Positions 24,401 through 37,086 of a stretch of DNA of 64,000 nt are shown here, piece by piece. The stretch's first letter is position 1. Every line of letters starts with the position of its first letter. The notes beneath the pieces were generated by a model. The model was not told the origin of the DNA, did no database searches, and was given only the letters and a program-made list of their open reading frames with translations. Position numbers and translations under genes: made by a program. This stretch comes from Phoronis australis (lineage: Eukaryota; Animalia; Phoronida), in the NCBI GenBank assembly GCA_002633005.1, contig NMRA01001040.1, forward strand, positions 1-64,000, written 5' to 3'.

Positions 24401-25779
24401 TTATTATTGTGCGTTCTGTTTCAAAAATGAATTATTCTCACCCTCACCAATGCTGAAACAAAAATGCAATAAACTATTGACAGGGCACATTCATACCGTG
24501 AATAATACGCTTACAAGGAAGTCATGCATTTCTAAAGATATGCGGGAATTTTCACCGCTCGTCCGTCTGAGCGGCTTGTACCGTGATAAAAGAGAGTGCG
24601 ACGCCGGAATCAGGTACAGTTGTGATGACCGCATTGCCCGATGCTAGCAAGACCCAATTAAATATAATTATCCGACCATAAACTGTATTAAACATCTCTG
24701 ACTGTACATAATGGCGAATTTTCAAAATACATTAACTACTTATTTTCTTTATAAACGGACACCACGACGGTATTCAGCTGGAAAAAAAACAACCAAGTAC
24801 GGTTTTCGATTTTTAAAATCGATAAACTAATAATCTAAAAACTACAACCATTGGGTACGATTGAAGATAAACTACCGCGCTTATTGATATACTCGGTGGA
24901 TATACAAACGCTGATCAGAGTTTTAACAATATCACATGGATTCATTTTTTAATATTCTTTCAATCTCGTTTAACCAGATTTTTGACCAGGATACAGTCGT
25001 TGTGCCCTCTTTTCATTTTTTATTACTGACAAAGAGTTAGAATAATTATATATATAGTCAGTGCCACCGAAACTGTCCAGAGATTCCAAATCTTCAGTTT
25101 GGTTATCACCATATTTGCACTTTTGTATATATTTTATGATTTGATTTCTAATAAAGATTAAACTTTAATGACACGTGAAATGTTTAGTGTACCTGTAATG
25201 TGATAAGTTTAGGGATGGGCTCAGAATGATCTTAACTAATTGAGTTTAGCTGGCGATCAAAATCTACCACTGTTTTGGTACTTCAAGTTCAAAACTTAGA
25301 TAAAAAGTTATCAACCCGGTTCCGGTAAGAAAAAAAATAGCAAGTGGGCAGAAGCATTAAAAATTAAATAAAGTAAACCAATATGAAACTCATCGTTCCT
25401 TTAGGAAGTGGCCCTTTGAGAAGATAAACACAAGTTTACCTTTTTAGTTATTTTGCAATATTTATAATGTACCAAGTTAAGACTACTCTCCAGAGTTGCA
25501 GGCTAGAACTGCAAACGTCAGAGAAAACCAAATTGGGGGTACTAACAATAACCATTGTTGAGACAGTAATGCTAGCAATTACCTTTCCACATCATTAGCC
25601 CAGATCTACACCAATACAAAGGGCGTGCTGAATAGGCATCCTAAAAGTGAGCTGGGGCTTAGGGAATCAGAGCGATCACCAGCGTTGGCGAGAAATTCAT
25701 TTATTATTTCACAGGTTAAAAATATGTTTTAATTCTAAAAACGATAATGATCAAGAGTGATAACATGTTATAGAGATAT

Positions 25780-27110
25780 GGTGTACAAATGAAGTAATGT
25801 ATCAATTAAGAACTAAATTGTGACAGCTTAAGCAACAAGTGATTCCACTAAGAAGAAGAAATTTAGAAACGTTTTCGACTTCCAACAAATTATTCTGAAT
25901 AAATTCACACTCCCAAAAACATGGCAAAAATTCTCGTGATCTTTTCCACAGAATCTTCAGAGTGGTGAATTAACTATTCTTAGGAACAATTGTGATTAAG
26001 AATTCTGTGAGTAAGTCTTATTTGGAACCATTTAAGATTCGTGTCTTTAGTGAACGAAGAATTTAATCTATGGACCACTTCTCACTTACTTTGGAATTTA
26101 GATTTTTTGTATATTGAGCAAGTAAAAAGTATACACATTGTTTTCGTTAACATGTGTGTTAAGTAAAGTGGTAATAAACACTGGGCAGTGAGGAAGAATT
26201 CTTCTTCTTCTTCTTCAGCGTTCCCAATGAAGAATGATTTTGGACGAATCCTTGCACAACACATCGCACGCGCATGAATACAGTGGAAGGTGGAGAAAAT
26301 CCATAATAATTACAAAAGTCTTCGTTAGAAATCAAATTACCATTAAAATCTAATAAATCGTAAATACAATGCCCTTGCCATGCCAACCTTTATAAAATAT
26401 GTACTTCAAGTGAGATTTTGGGATTAAACCAAATTGGCTCGTAGGGACTCATTGCCTTGTTAAACGTGAAAATGCCAATGGCATTCAGTTCTCCATCATT
26501 TCGGAAAACTTAGTCTCCCCAAAAGTGATTCTCAACCGAAGCAGCAAGAGAACGACAATAGGCCTTACAAAAATGAAACACGTGCGACCAATTATTAGTG
26601 ATCTGTAGAAATTAAATTTTTCTTCCAGTCCCTCTCATCACTAAGTATCAATATTCTGAACCACGCACTTTAAGGGATTTGATGAATGACTTCAGATGAA
26701 CCATTTTGCACCCTCCCAGAGACTTATTCAGAGTAAGCGTTGGTAATATCGGGGTATGGTTCAAATGTCTAGAAAAGCTCTTAAGGGTTATTCGTTTATT
26801 GTAGAATCAAAGAAGATAAGAACAAATGACTGCAAGTTTTCACAGCCACAAATGGTGTAGCGTCCTCAAACTTGTGTCTAAGTTCGTCCCTGTTAAGGAA
26901 AAATCCGCATCTTGACTTGACTGAAATTTCACGATCACGGCAAAGTTGTACTGGTAAATCTGAAGCAATAATATACTGTTTGAAGTTATGCTTAAGCGAT
27001 ACAAATGGATGCGTGAAGTTTACGACGAGTTTGTTCCACTTGAGACTATTCAGTATCGGATTCTTTGTATGCCCCGGATATGACTAAAGCTGTCTGGAGT
27101 ACTGTAGCAC
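25780..27110 (-). mobile_element. Degenerate L1/Tx1-type LINE fragment
   Basis: ORF2 C-terminal remnants: LTLNKSLGGCKMVHLKSFIK, IWFNPKI, IYDLLDFNGNLISNEDFCNYYG, KDTNLKWFQIRLTHRIL, FWEC. ORF1-like remnants LVISG...ESDTE and AVIVKF lie at about 26920-27090. Many stops and frameshifts. Confidence 0.7.
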
Positions 27111-28584
27111 AGAAGTCTTGAAAAAGAGTTTCAAGATGACGAGAAGCAATTTTTATTGGATTAATTAACTTTTGTAACTTTTGAACAAGTTCAGGACAGC
27201 GAGGTGTGAATGTGACCATTTCGTCCAATAGTTCACCAATTAATGTGCATGCGAGAGATTTGGGGCATATTTTCCCCGTCGAGTGATTTGTGTGCTACGT
27301 CTGTGTTGACAGATTTGGAAAGTGTTAAATTAACAAGTTTTTCAGATTTAAATTTCCTCCTACATTTATTACAACAGTCACAGACTTTTTCCAGCGTGTC
27401 AGATTGCAATTGAAGGGATAATCTTTTGAGAATGGACAGAAAATTGCTGTAATACTGATCAGCGTATAAGAAGCCGGGTTAAGAGTTTATAAAGTCTGGA
27501 AGATCGTTAACGCGGAGTGGGGCGATAGTTAATTGAGTCAATTTTTGAGTCATTCTTGAAAACATAAGAAATATCTCCTGATATGTTGTCACAGGGACCG
27601 GTTGCATTTTTTCAGTTGTTTTGATCATTTTATTAGTTATTAGGTCGGTTCCGTCGTTTTTGTGTTCATCCATATTTTCTAATAGTTTCCTGACCTCCTA
27701 GGGAAAGGCTTGTAGTGCCTAGCAGTTTAGGGCTGTAAACCTAGAAACAGCTTCCGTATACACTAAAGCATGACGTTAAACTAAGAAATCACAACGGCAC
27801 TCGCACAGATTCTCCATGATAGTTTTTTAAAGTCAATAATGCTCAAGGCTGCCGCAGATAATATAGGAGGGGCGTTCCACATTGGTATTTCAAGGCGTCA
27901 TAAAGATAGAAATTTCATCAAAAACTTATTTCTTCACAAGAAGTAACGTTACAAATAGTGACACTCGATGCATGAGGTGTGTGTGTACATTAAATAGGAG
28001 GTATTCGAACACATTTTTGAGATTAATTATTATGCCACTAAAGAAAGCAGACGCTAGAAAATAACAGTATCCATAACAAAGAGATTATGTTATTTGGAAT
28101 GCCGGGTTGTCAACATTCTAGATGACTGAAGAAAAACGCGACAAGCCAGTGGATTGAAAAGCTGGATATCCGAATAAAAAGTGGGACATCTTCGCCCTAT
28201 GCTATGCTGAAATGGTCGTGGCAAGGCACATAAACGTCTCTACAGCGCTAGTGTCGCACAGGAAATTCACGGCTAGCACCCCGTCATTCAACTAGTACCC
28301 GGGCCAAAATGGGTGGCGCGATAGGCACCCATGATATGTAGTCGAACTGTAAAATAGAGCTATGTGGTGTGGGAAATCACAGCAGTATATGATGATATGT
28401 CAAATTCGCCTTGTGTCAAAGAGTGGGGCACTTTGTTATGGGATCATGGCGGAAAATCGATTCGTGGGTTTACATTCAGTTGGCGGTCACTAGTGACCGA
28501 CAAACTGAAAGAGCAACTAAGCCGAGCACTGGATTCTTTAATATGGTAAAGTGGTCATGTTATTGTACGAGTATCGGTTTATTA

Positions 28585-28918
28585 CGGTGGCCCGAAAGTA
28601 TCATTGCTATTTTAGTTTATTAATTTGTTTATTTTTCCTTTTCCACCTAGAAGGAAATATTTCAACCCGTGGAAATTGTTTTCAACTAGGTGGAAATTGT
28701 TTTCACCTGGGTGGAAATTATTTTCACCTGGGTGGAAACTATTTTCACCTGGGTGGAAACTATTTTCACCCGGGTGAAAATAATTTCCACCTAGGTTGAA
28801 ATAGTTTCCAACCAGCTGAAAATAGTTTCCTCCTAGGTTGAATTATTTCCACCTAGGTGGAAAATGAAAAATGAAAAAATATTTAAACAAAAGTAGCGAT
28901 GATACTTTCGGGCCACCG
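28585..28918. mobile_element. TA-flanked MITE with internal 21-bp repeats in both orientations
   Basis: TA-CGGTGGCCCGAAAGTATCATTGCTA ... TAGCGATGATACTTTCGGGCCACCG-TA. The interior is made of TTTTCACCTGGGTGGAAACTA units and their inverted copies. Confidence 0.85.
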
Positions 28919-29009
28919 TAGTTTATAGATAACATTATTACTAAAAAATTGAATTAACATTGCACAGTTCCATTTTTATAGGTCTGCAGTCTATGCGGCC
29001 GTCAAGCAC

Positions 29010-29069
29010 CGCCGGTAATTTCCCCTTATGTGAGCGTGACGTCACGTCAGGGATTCCCTAAAAATGGCG
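29010..29069 (+). promoter_or_regulatory. TSNAX proximal promoter / 5'UTR motif cluster
   Basis: Contains TGACGTCA (CRE) at 29037-29044, GGGATTCCC (kB-like) at 29050-29058, GGTAATTTCCCC (kB-like) at 29014-29025, and AAAATGGCG (YY1-type) over the ATG. Confidence 0.5.
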
Positions 29070-32000
29070 ACACGAGGTGAGCGTTGTATACGCGAGCAGT
29101 TTTTTCCAGTTGATCGTTACATCGTGAAAACGAATCTGATCTCTCTTCATCATGCTTATGACACAAATGTTGAGTTTCACATTTTCAGCTATGTCTCACT
29201 TAATGCCTTTTCCTTGGGTCAGCTTTGAAGTTTGTCGGTCGCTCAGATTCTGCTCGAAGCCTGTGACCACCGGCGTCTGACTAGTCTATCTGGCCCCTGT
29301 CTACTAGCAGGGTCAGCTAGATACTGTGGTCACTGTGTAGCCGAATCCAGCACACCACGGACCTGACGGAGGATTAAAGATTAGACCACCGGCAGTGGCA
29401 GAAAACCGAATAGAATACCCCAAAATTGAGCTGGGTCAAACATTCAAGCTACCACAAAAATATATTCCGTGATTCAGTGTGTTACATGTTTAGATTTTGA
29501 TAGTAGAAATTTCTTAATTTCTACACTCCAGGAGAATAGTAGGTAATGTCATAGCAGTCCCTCGTCCTCTTGTCACTGAGCTGTTTTGTTTTTTCATGTC
29601 CGCATCTGTTTCAGTTCTAAATACCTTGCAGGAAGTGTGTGAAATTTAGCAAACTTGTATTTGAATGTTCAAGTATCCTCCTGAGGGCAATTTGAGCTTT
29701 TATGTTATCTTTGTAGCTTTTGGCATCCACTTCTGTTTTGGCCATAAAGCTCTAAGGATTATTATGGATATTGAAAATTATGTCTGATGATTTTCGCACA
29801 GGTTTGATTGCTGTGGCACCCTCCAGTAGCAATTTTTTTTTGGCCTGTGACTTGTAATGTACCAAGTTTGTTCATTTGTCTTCATAAAATTTGCATGTGT
29901 TTTTACTGTGGAGGCTTCAAATGGCATGGATTTTTCAACAAATTTAACTACTACGAAGTCCCTTATTGGCATTTTGTTTTTCTTTGTATGCCTATCAAGT
30001 TTCTTGATGGATCTTCATGAAATTTTACTGATAATGCACTGCTACGCTGACATCAACACCTGCCCTGTTTCAGACGAATTTGACCTATGTTGTGCCCAGT
30101 GGTCTTTTAATTGTTTTTGTCATCCACTTTCCTATCATCCAAACTGCTTGAATCATGATGAAAGGTGGCAGGTCTGTTCTTACTGAGGAGAGCATTGCTA
30201 CCTTGCTTAGAGTCACCTCCTTGAGGCAAATTTATTAGCATTGCTCTGTTTTAAACTAGTGATCAACCTTTGTGTATGCATTGTATGGGATGTATACGGT
30301 GAGTACATATCAACACTTTGTATTATGATGAGAACCACTCCTTGCACTGAATATGGTCATGCCTGTCATTCAGTGGATTGAAGTAACTGGTTCTCAATGA
30401 CTTTCAGTTATTTTAGGCAACAGGATTGCTCTGGTAATTAATGTTGTATTAAATCTCTGTCACAAAAAATAACTTGCAGTGAAAAAGTTGATCTCAAATA
30501 CATGTCCCTAAAGTTGACCTTAAATACGTGNTCACTGTGTAGCCGAATCCAGCACACCACGGACACGGACCTGACGGAGGATTAAAGATTAGACCACCGG
30601 CAGTGGCAGAAAACCGAATAGAATACCCCAAAATTGATCTGGGTCAAACATTCAAGCTACCACAAAAATATATTCCGTGATTCAGTGTGTTACATGTTTA
30701 GATTTTGATAGTAGAAATTTCTTAATTTTTACCCTCCAGGAGAATGGTAGGTAATGTCATAGCAGTCCCTCGTTCTCTTGTCACTGAGCTGTTTTGTTTT
30801 TTCATGTCCGTATCTGTTTCAGTTCTAAATACCTTGCGAGAAGTGTGTGAAATTTAGCAAACTTGTATTTTAATGAACTTGACAATGAATGTTCAAGTAT
30901 CCTCCTGAGGGCAATTTGAGCTTTTATGTTATCTTTAGCTTTTGGCATCCACTTCTGTTTTGGCCATAAAGCTCTAAGGATTATTATGGATATTGAAAAT
31001 TATGTCTGATGATTTTCGCACAGGTTTGATCGCTGTGGCACCCTCCAGTAGCAATTTTTTTTTGGCCTGTGACTTGTAATGTACCAAGTTTGTTCATTTG
31101 TCTTCATAAAATTTGCATGTGTTTTTACTGAGGAGGCTTCAAATGGCATGGATTTTTCAACAAATTTAAGTACTACGAAGTCCCTTATTGGCATTTTGTT
31201 TTTCTTTGTATGCCTATCAAGTTTCTTGATGGATCTTCATGAAATTTTACTGATAATGCACTGCTACGCTGACATCAACACCTGCCCTGTTTCAGACGAA
31301 TTTGACCTATGTTGTGCCCAGTGGTCTTTTAATTGTTTTTGTCATCCACTTTCCTATCATCCAAACTGCTTGAATCATGATGAAAGGTGGCAGGTCTGTT
31401 CTTACTGAGGAGAGCATTGCTACCTTGCTTAGAGTCACCTCCCTGAGGCAAATTTATTAGTATTGCTCTGTTCTAGTGATCAACCTTTGTGTATGCATTG
31501 TATGGGATGTATACGGTGAGTACATATCAACACTTTGTATTGTGATGAGAACCACTCCTTGCACTGAATATGGTCATGCCTGTCATTCAGTGGATTGAAG
31601 TAACTGGTTCTCAATGACTTTCAGTTATTTTAGGCAACAGGATTGCTCTGGTAATTAATGTTGTATTAAATCTCTGTCACAAAAAATAACTTGCAGTGAA
31701 AAAGTTGATCTCAAATACATGTCCCTAAAGTTGACCTTAAATACGTGTCCCTAAAGTTAGTTGGAGGCAGTTTCAGGGTTTTGAAAGAACTGACAGTTTG
31801 TCGTTGTAGGAGATAAGTTGACCAATACGATTTCAGATTTTGTTTGAAATTCCAAGTAGCCGCACATCCGAGCACGTGCTCAAAATATATGACAGGAGTC
31901 TGAATTGTTCAGCAAAACTGGGATGGGACAATACGTCTTGAGCAAGTACATTTCTTTTAGATAGGAGGTAAGCCGTTGTGCAATCGGGACCAAGGTGGAA

Positions 32001-34834
32001 ATTGTCTATTACAGAGCACGATATACTCCTACTTTTCCATTTGACTAAAAAATGAAAAGGCAGCATGGCCGATTTCAGGTATTCCGGTGGACATTTACTC
32101 AGTTTCCCGTTCTTCTATTTGGATATCCCATGTTTTCATATTTGACCATTACCAGCTATGCATCGTTAGTGTTAATCATGACTTTGATTCCCCGTAAACT
32201 GGGTTTGCTGGTTTTGGCGACCTAATTTTCTGTAGTGTCCATCTAGGAATTTTTCCTGGTCACATTTATTGAGTTGACATGCTGAGTGTCGATCCCTGAA
32301 AGTGCTTAAATATTAACAACATCTTGCCAATGAGAAATTATGCTTTTGACATGTCTGAACACCAGTTTTTTGATACAAGTCCACTTAAAGCCGGTCTGTA
32401 TCCTTTGTTTCACTCTTAAGATGTAAACCTTTGCAATTAATTTGTTTTAAATGCTTACTTTCAATATCACTGCAGGTAAGAGAGGGTCAAAAGATCATTA
32501 CCGAAAACAGGGCCCACCGTCAAAGACGCAACGCGCTGACTGTGACCAGAGTGTTGACCTTTCATCGCCAACAATTCAGGCATTTCTGAATCATCGTCAG
32601 CTGCTAGATAACCGCCATGATAAGTACGAAAGACTTGTCAAGCTTAGTCGGGACATCACAGTGTCTAGTAAACGTGCCATTTTTCTTCTGCATAGAGCCT
32701 TAGGGTATGTATTAGTAGTTGTACTGCGGTTAAAATTATTGTTGACTAAAGTTACAGTAGCACTACTCTGCTCTCATTTACTAGACAAAGTGTTGTAGTT
32801 TTAATGCTAATAGTCAAGGGATAATCTAATCGAGCATTATGATATGACTGAAGACATATGTAATACAAATGCCACACTCGGTGTTTTGTTGAGTTTGAAG
32901 GGCGCAGCAGGTGCACGCAATACAGGGTAGCACAACAACGCAGAGTTTAGAGCGACTTCAGAGGGACTCCAAATGGCGAACGTCACACGTTTTGTGGATA
33001 CCAGGATATGACGCTTATCACCTGTGTCAGGCCATGGGGTTGGAGAAATGGACTTTTGGGGTTGGAGAAATGGACTTTTGGGGTTGGAGAAATGGACTTT
33101 TGGGGTTGGAGAAATGGACTTTTGGGGTTGGAGAAATGGACTTTTGGGGTTGGAGAAATGGACTTTTTTCAAAATGTTTGAAGTTGTATACATGTGGTGT
33201 TTTAGTCGTCCCGAAGTGATTAATTATATAATTCCATTTAATATATTGATATATTGACTGTGAAATGCCTGTAAATAAGATCAAATTTTTAACCATTTTG
33301 CCAGGAAGCCAGTGCTGAGAATGGATTTTCTGTGACATAGTGATATTCCGTGACAAAACGTGCTTGCCTGAAATTCTGTGACATTTTGAGAATTCTGTGT
33401 CAAAATGTAAGCTAAGAGGGCTGTTAGTGTCTTGTTGGGTTTACAGTTATTTTATGCTGCATCAAGTGGTGGTTCCTTTTTTCACATAATGTAAACTCAT
33501 TGTTATCACATTATTACACATATGTAACAAAAGCAAAGTTGATGTGACATATACGTACAAAATGCACCAAAAAATCTGTGACGATTGAGACTTACCTGTG
33601 ACACAATTTGGGGATGTGACGTATTGTTGCCATTAAACATGAATTCAAATTCTCTGCCAGTGCTAAGGGTAGAAAATACTTTGAAAAGATTGTTTGGGGG
33701 TCCCTTTTCCATGGACAAGGAATAAAATTTGAGGATTCTGCTACAAGACTACCTAATACTCTCAAAATCCCTGAAAATCAGTTTGCAATTTAATTCTGGA
33801 GATCCCATCTAAACTTGGATTTGTTTTCTCTTTGAGTCAATCCTTTTCCCAGATTTCAATAGACTTCGATATTATTTCTAAAGATTGTATAATATTTTAG
33901 GGATGAAAAAGAGGCAATACTGAGTGAAGCCCATGTTAAACTGAAGGAAATTCAAGAGGTGTTGTTCAGAAGGATAGCCATGGAGTTAGAAGGAGAGGAT
34001 CCTCACCAGTTCACACGGGCCTACTCTCCTGGTGAGATAGTGTTTGTTCACATGGTGTGCGAACTATATGATGTCAAAAACAAATTCTTGGGTGAAGTTG
34101 GTTCTGAAATATCACAGTAAAATATGTTCACATTATTATGTACGGGTTTTTTGCACATTTTAGCGCAAATCTGGAAAGGTGGGGCCATGACTGTACTGAT
34201 AGTTTGTAGTCGCCCTTCCTTAGAGGGGCAGTGTTATGGTATAATCCTGGTGTCCATCTTCCATCTGCTCTAACCTTGTCACTGCTCTAGCTCTCATAAT
34301 TCTTATTGGATTTTAATTGAATAAGTCTTGTGCCTGTATATTACAAACACTTCAGTACTTTCTGATAAAAATTAATCCATTTATTGGCTTTTTGTGTTGA
34401 AGCCTGTCATCGATCTAACACTTTGTAATTTTGATTGGATTTGATCAAATTTGGCCTGTACCTGTGGAATACTGACAAGTTGAACCCTTTCTAAATTCAA
34501 TTCATTTTTACAAAAACTATGCCCTTTATTGGTTGTTTGTGTTTTAGCTTGTCATCGCTCTTGCTTCTGCAATTTTGATTAGATTTTGCTGAATTTGGCT
34601 CATGCCTGTGTATTAACGATAGCTCATATTCTTTCTAAATTCAATATTTTTAGATAAAAATTACTCTCTTTATTGGCATTTTGTGTTGTCCTTTCTGCAG
34701 TTTTGTTTAATTACTTACAACTGTGCTGTGCGTTCACCCATTAGTTATGTAACAGCACATGATTCTCAACAGCCTGGTCTTGGCATGCTGCACATTTGTT
34801 TATTTTGGCCTTGTGGGAGTTACTTGTTAATGGG

Positions 34835-34869
<35 letters not shown>

Positions 34870-37086
34870 CGCGCGCGCGCGTGTTGTTTAAACAGGTCTA
34901 TGTTGAACACATTTTTTTCAATTCAAAATTCCTTATAAACTAAGCATGATTACATTGTTGTTATCATTCTTCTATGGTGAACATTTACAATATTTTGTGA
35001 ACTTCTTACTTGAATGTGTGTATAGGATGTGGGTGTGGTTATTGTCAATTATTATGGTTATTATTGTATGGGTTATTTAGTGCAATGTTCTTACTTTGTT
35101 GGAAATTTTTGTTTATTGCATACCTTTTTCTTTTTTACTGACATGTGTACCTTGAGAATGGGTGTATTGTGCAGGTATATTTGTATGCTTACGTCTTGTA
35201 CACATGTAACTTAACTGTCACTCACAATGATAATGTGCACTCCAATGGGCGTACTCTCAACCTGCATTTGGGGGTGGGCATGTGCCTTGTTTCTTAATGC
35301 CCTTCTTGGAAAGTCTTAATTATTGTACCGTTGTGGTAATAAATAATTTTTGGGACGTTTATGATTTAGAATAAAAATGTGACAGCGTTTTTGAGATTGC
35401 TTTAGATTGGTCGGATGTTCCAGTTAACGACAGATTGTTCAAAATTAAATTCTACAGAAATAAGCGCTTTTATCAAGATAAATTGTATAGTTCTGCAGGT
35501 ATTTTACTAAATGTTGACGTGCTTAGAGAAGGATGCTTGATCATGACCTTAATGAACGTTTTTGTTTGTTTTGTGCAAATTGTGAGTTAAAGATCACGAA
35601 ATACTGAAAAACATTGTTGTAACAATGGTGGTATCATAGTGATAATTGCAGGTACGATGTGTGATGTGACGGTGTGGCATTCCTGCCTTTAGTCATTTAG
35701 ATGAAGCCAGTTTCAATAAATGACTTATTTAGATGAAGCCAGTTTCAATAAATGACTTTTTGACACTCTAATCTTTTATTTTGAATAGTGACATTGTTCT
35801 GAAATAACATATAACATTTTTTGTTTAGCTAAAAAGTAAGAAGCATTTTCACTGTCTTTTAACGTTTTAGCAGATGCAAATTTATTTTTCCTTGAAACAA
35901 TAGTTTCTGTGCAAGATTTAAACAAATGCGTGTTGAAGGAAGAATTAACTTTTTTGCCAGATTTCATGTAACATTGTTTGTGTTTCCACAGGACTACAGG
36001 AGTACATTGAAGCTTTGTCATTTTGCAAATACATGGAGTCGGAGCAGCTGATTGAACTTGCTGATGTTGAAAAGGATTTGGTCTTCCAACAGGTAAAATC
36101 CACAGATTATTCAGGCCACAGTACAGTTGAGTTCTGGGCATTTTAGTCTACACTCTATGAGAATGACATGTAAATGTCTCCATTGTATCCAAACACAAAC
36201 TATTTTATAGCATTTGTTGAAGCAGAAGTGTCTAATTCACCAAAAACACCAGTAACTGACCAATCTTTACAACATGTAGACTGAAATGTCTGGAATGGAG
36301 TTCAACTGGTCTCCTAGTAACGTGTTTGTATGTTTCTATAACTTCTCTACAGTTAAGGGAATTTTTAAGGTTGATCATATGACTGTACATTAGTAAGTTC
36401 TTATGAATGATCCGTTTCATTGCTGACCTGTTTTAAGGTCACAACATGCAGGCCTCTGTCATTGCAATTATGTGCAAAAGTTGACCATAGATGATTGTAC
36501 CTCTATTAAAATGTTTGGTGTCAAATGAGAGATGTAAGTGTGGTGCTGAATTATTAGATTTGTATTTGATATTTGAGTTACAATTTTTGCACAGAAAGAG
36601 GAAACCGATGGCAATGAACAGAGCTCAGAAACAGCTGAAGCAAAGTCTCCAGATGATGCCAACACAGACAATGGTGGCAAATCACCTGATAAATCCTATC
36701 ATCAACAAAAAGAACATCAACAACAAGAACAAGAGAGGACAATCAAAGTGTTCGTATCTCCCCTTGATTATGTACTTGGACTGGCTGACTTAACGGGAGA
36801 ACTTATGAGACTTGCCATCACTAGTATCGGTAAAGGGAACACACAGTTGCCATTCAAAGTGTGCCAGTTCATAAGGCAGTTGCATAATGCATTTGTCTCC
36901 CTGGGTTACGTGAACAAAGAGTTGCCACGGAAAGTTCATGTTCTTAAACAAAGCCTGAAAAAAGTTGAGAATGCCTGCTATACTATTCAAGTGAGAGGGT
37001 CAGAGTTTCCAAAGTCAATGCTACTAAATTTGATAAGTATTGGTGACCTAGACAGAGATTCTTCTGCTGCAGACGAGACTTTGTAG
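29064..37086 (+). CDS. TSNAX: Translin-associated protein X (TRAX, C3PO RNase subunit), 321 aa
   Basis: Exons 29064-29076, 32476-32704, 33901-34031, 35992-36092 and 36595-37086 total 966 nt with consistent phases. Motifs seen: [63 protein letters not shown]. The acidic catalytic residues (QEYIE, DLTGE) are retained. The 13-nt first exon is the least certain part. Confidence 0.96.
29330..31747. other. 1.2-kb tandem duplication around an N (likely uncollapsed haplotypes)
   Basis: 29330-30530 and 30532-31747 are near-identical, with scattered SNPs and small indels, separated by exactly one N at 30531. Confidence 0.85.
33036..33167. repeat. 23-bp tandem repeat x~5.7
   Basis: TGGGGTTGGAGAAATGGACTTTT repeated. 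Confidence 0.95.
34203..34745 (+). mobile_element. Helentron/HINE-like non-autonomous element with ~140-bp internal repeats
   Basis: Three diverged units each begin C(T/C)TGTCA..G.TCT...; shared TTTTGATTGGATTT...AATTTGG...CCTGT and TTTATTGG blocks. Family call is by resemblance only. Confidence 0.45.
34837..34883. repeat. (GT)n followed by (CG)n microsatellite
   Basis: Direct reading. Confidence 0.95.

Noticed and set aside
29857-31408. Duplicated 109-aa ORF pair suggesting tandem paralogues
   Set aside because: Intronic, no recognisable motifs, and the duplication is probably an assembly artefact.
32837-33356. Four overlapping ORFs with repeated peptides
   Set aside because: They are produced by the 23-bp tandem repeat in TSNAX intron 2.
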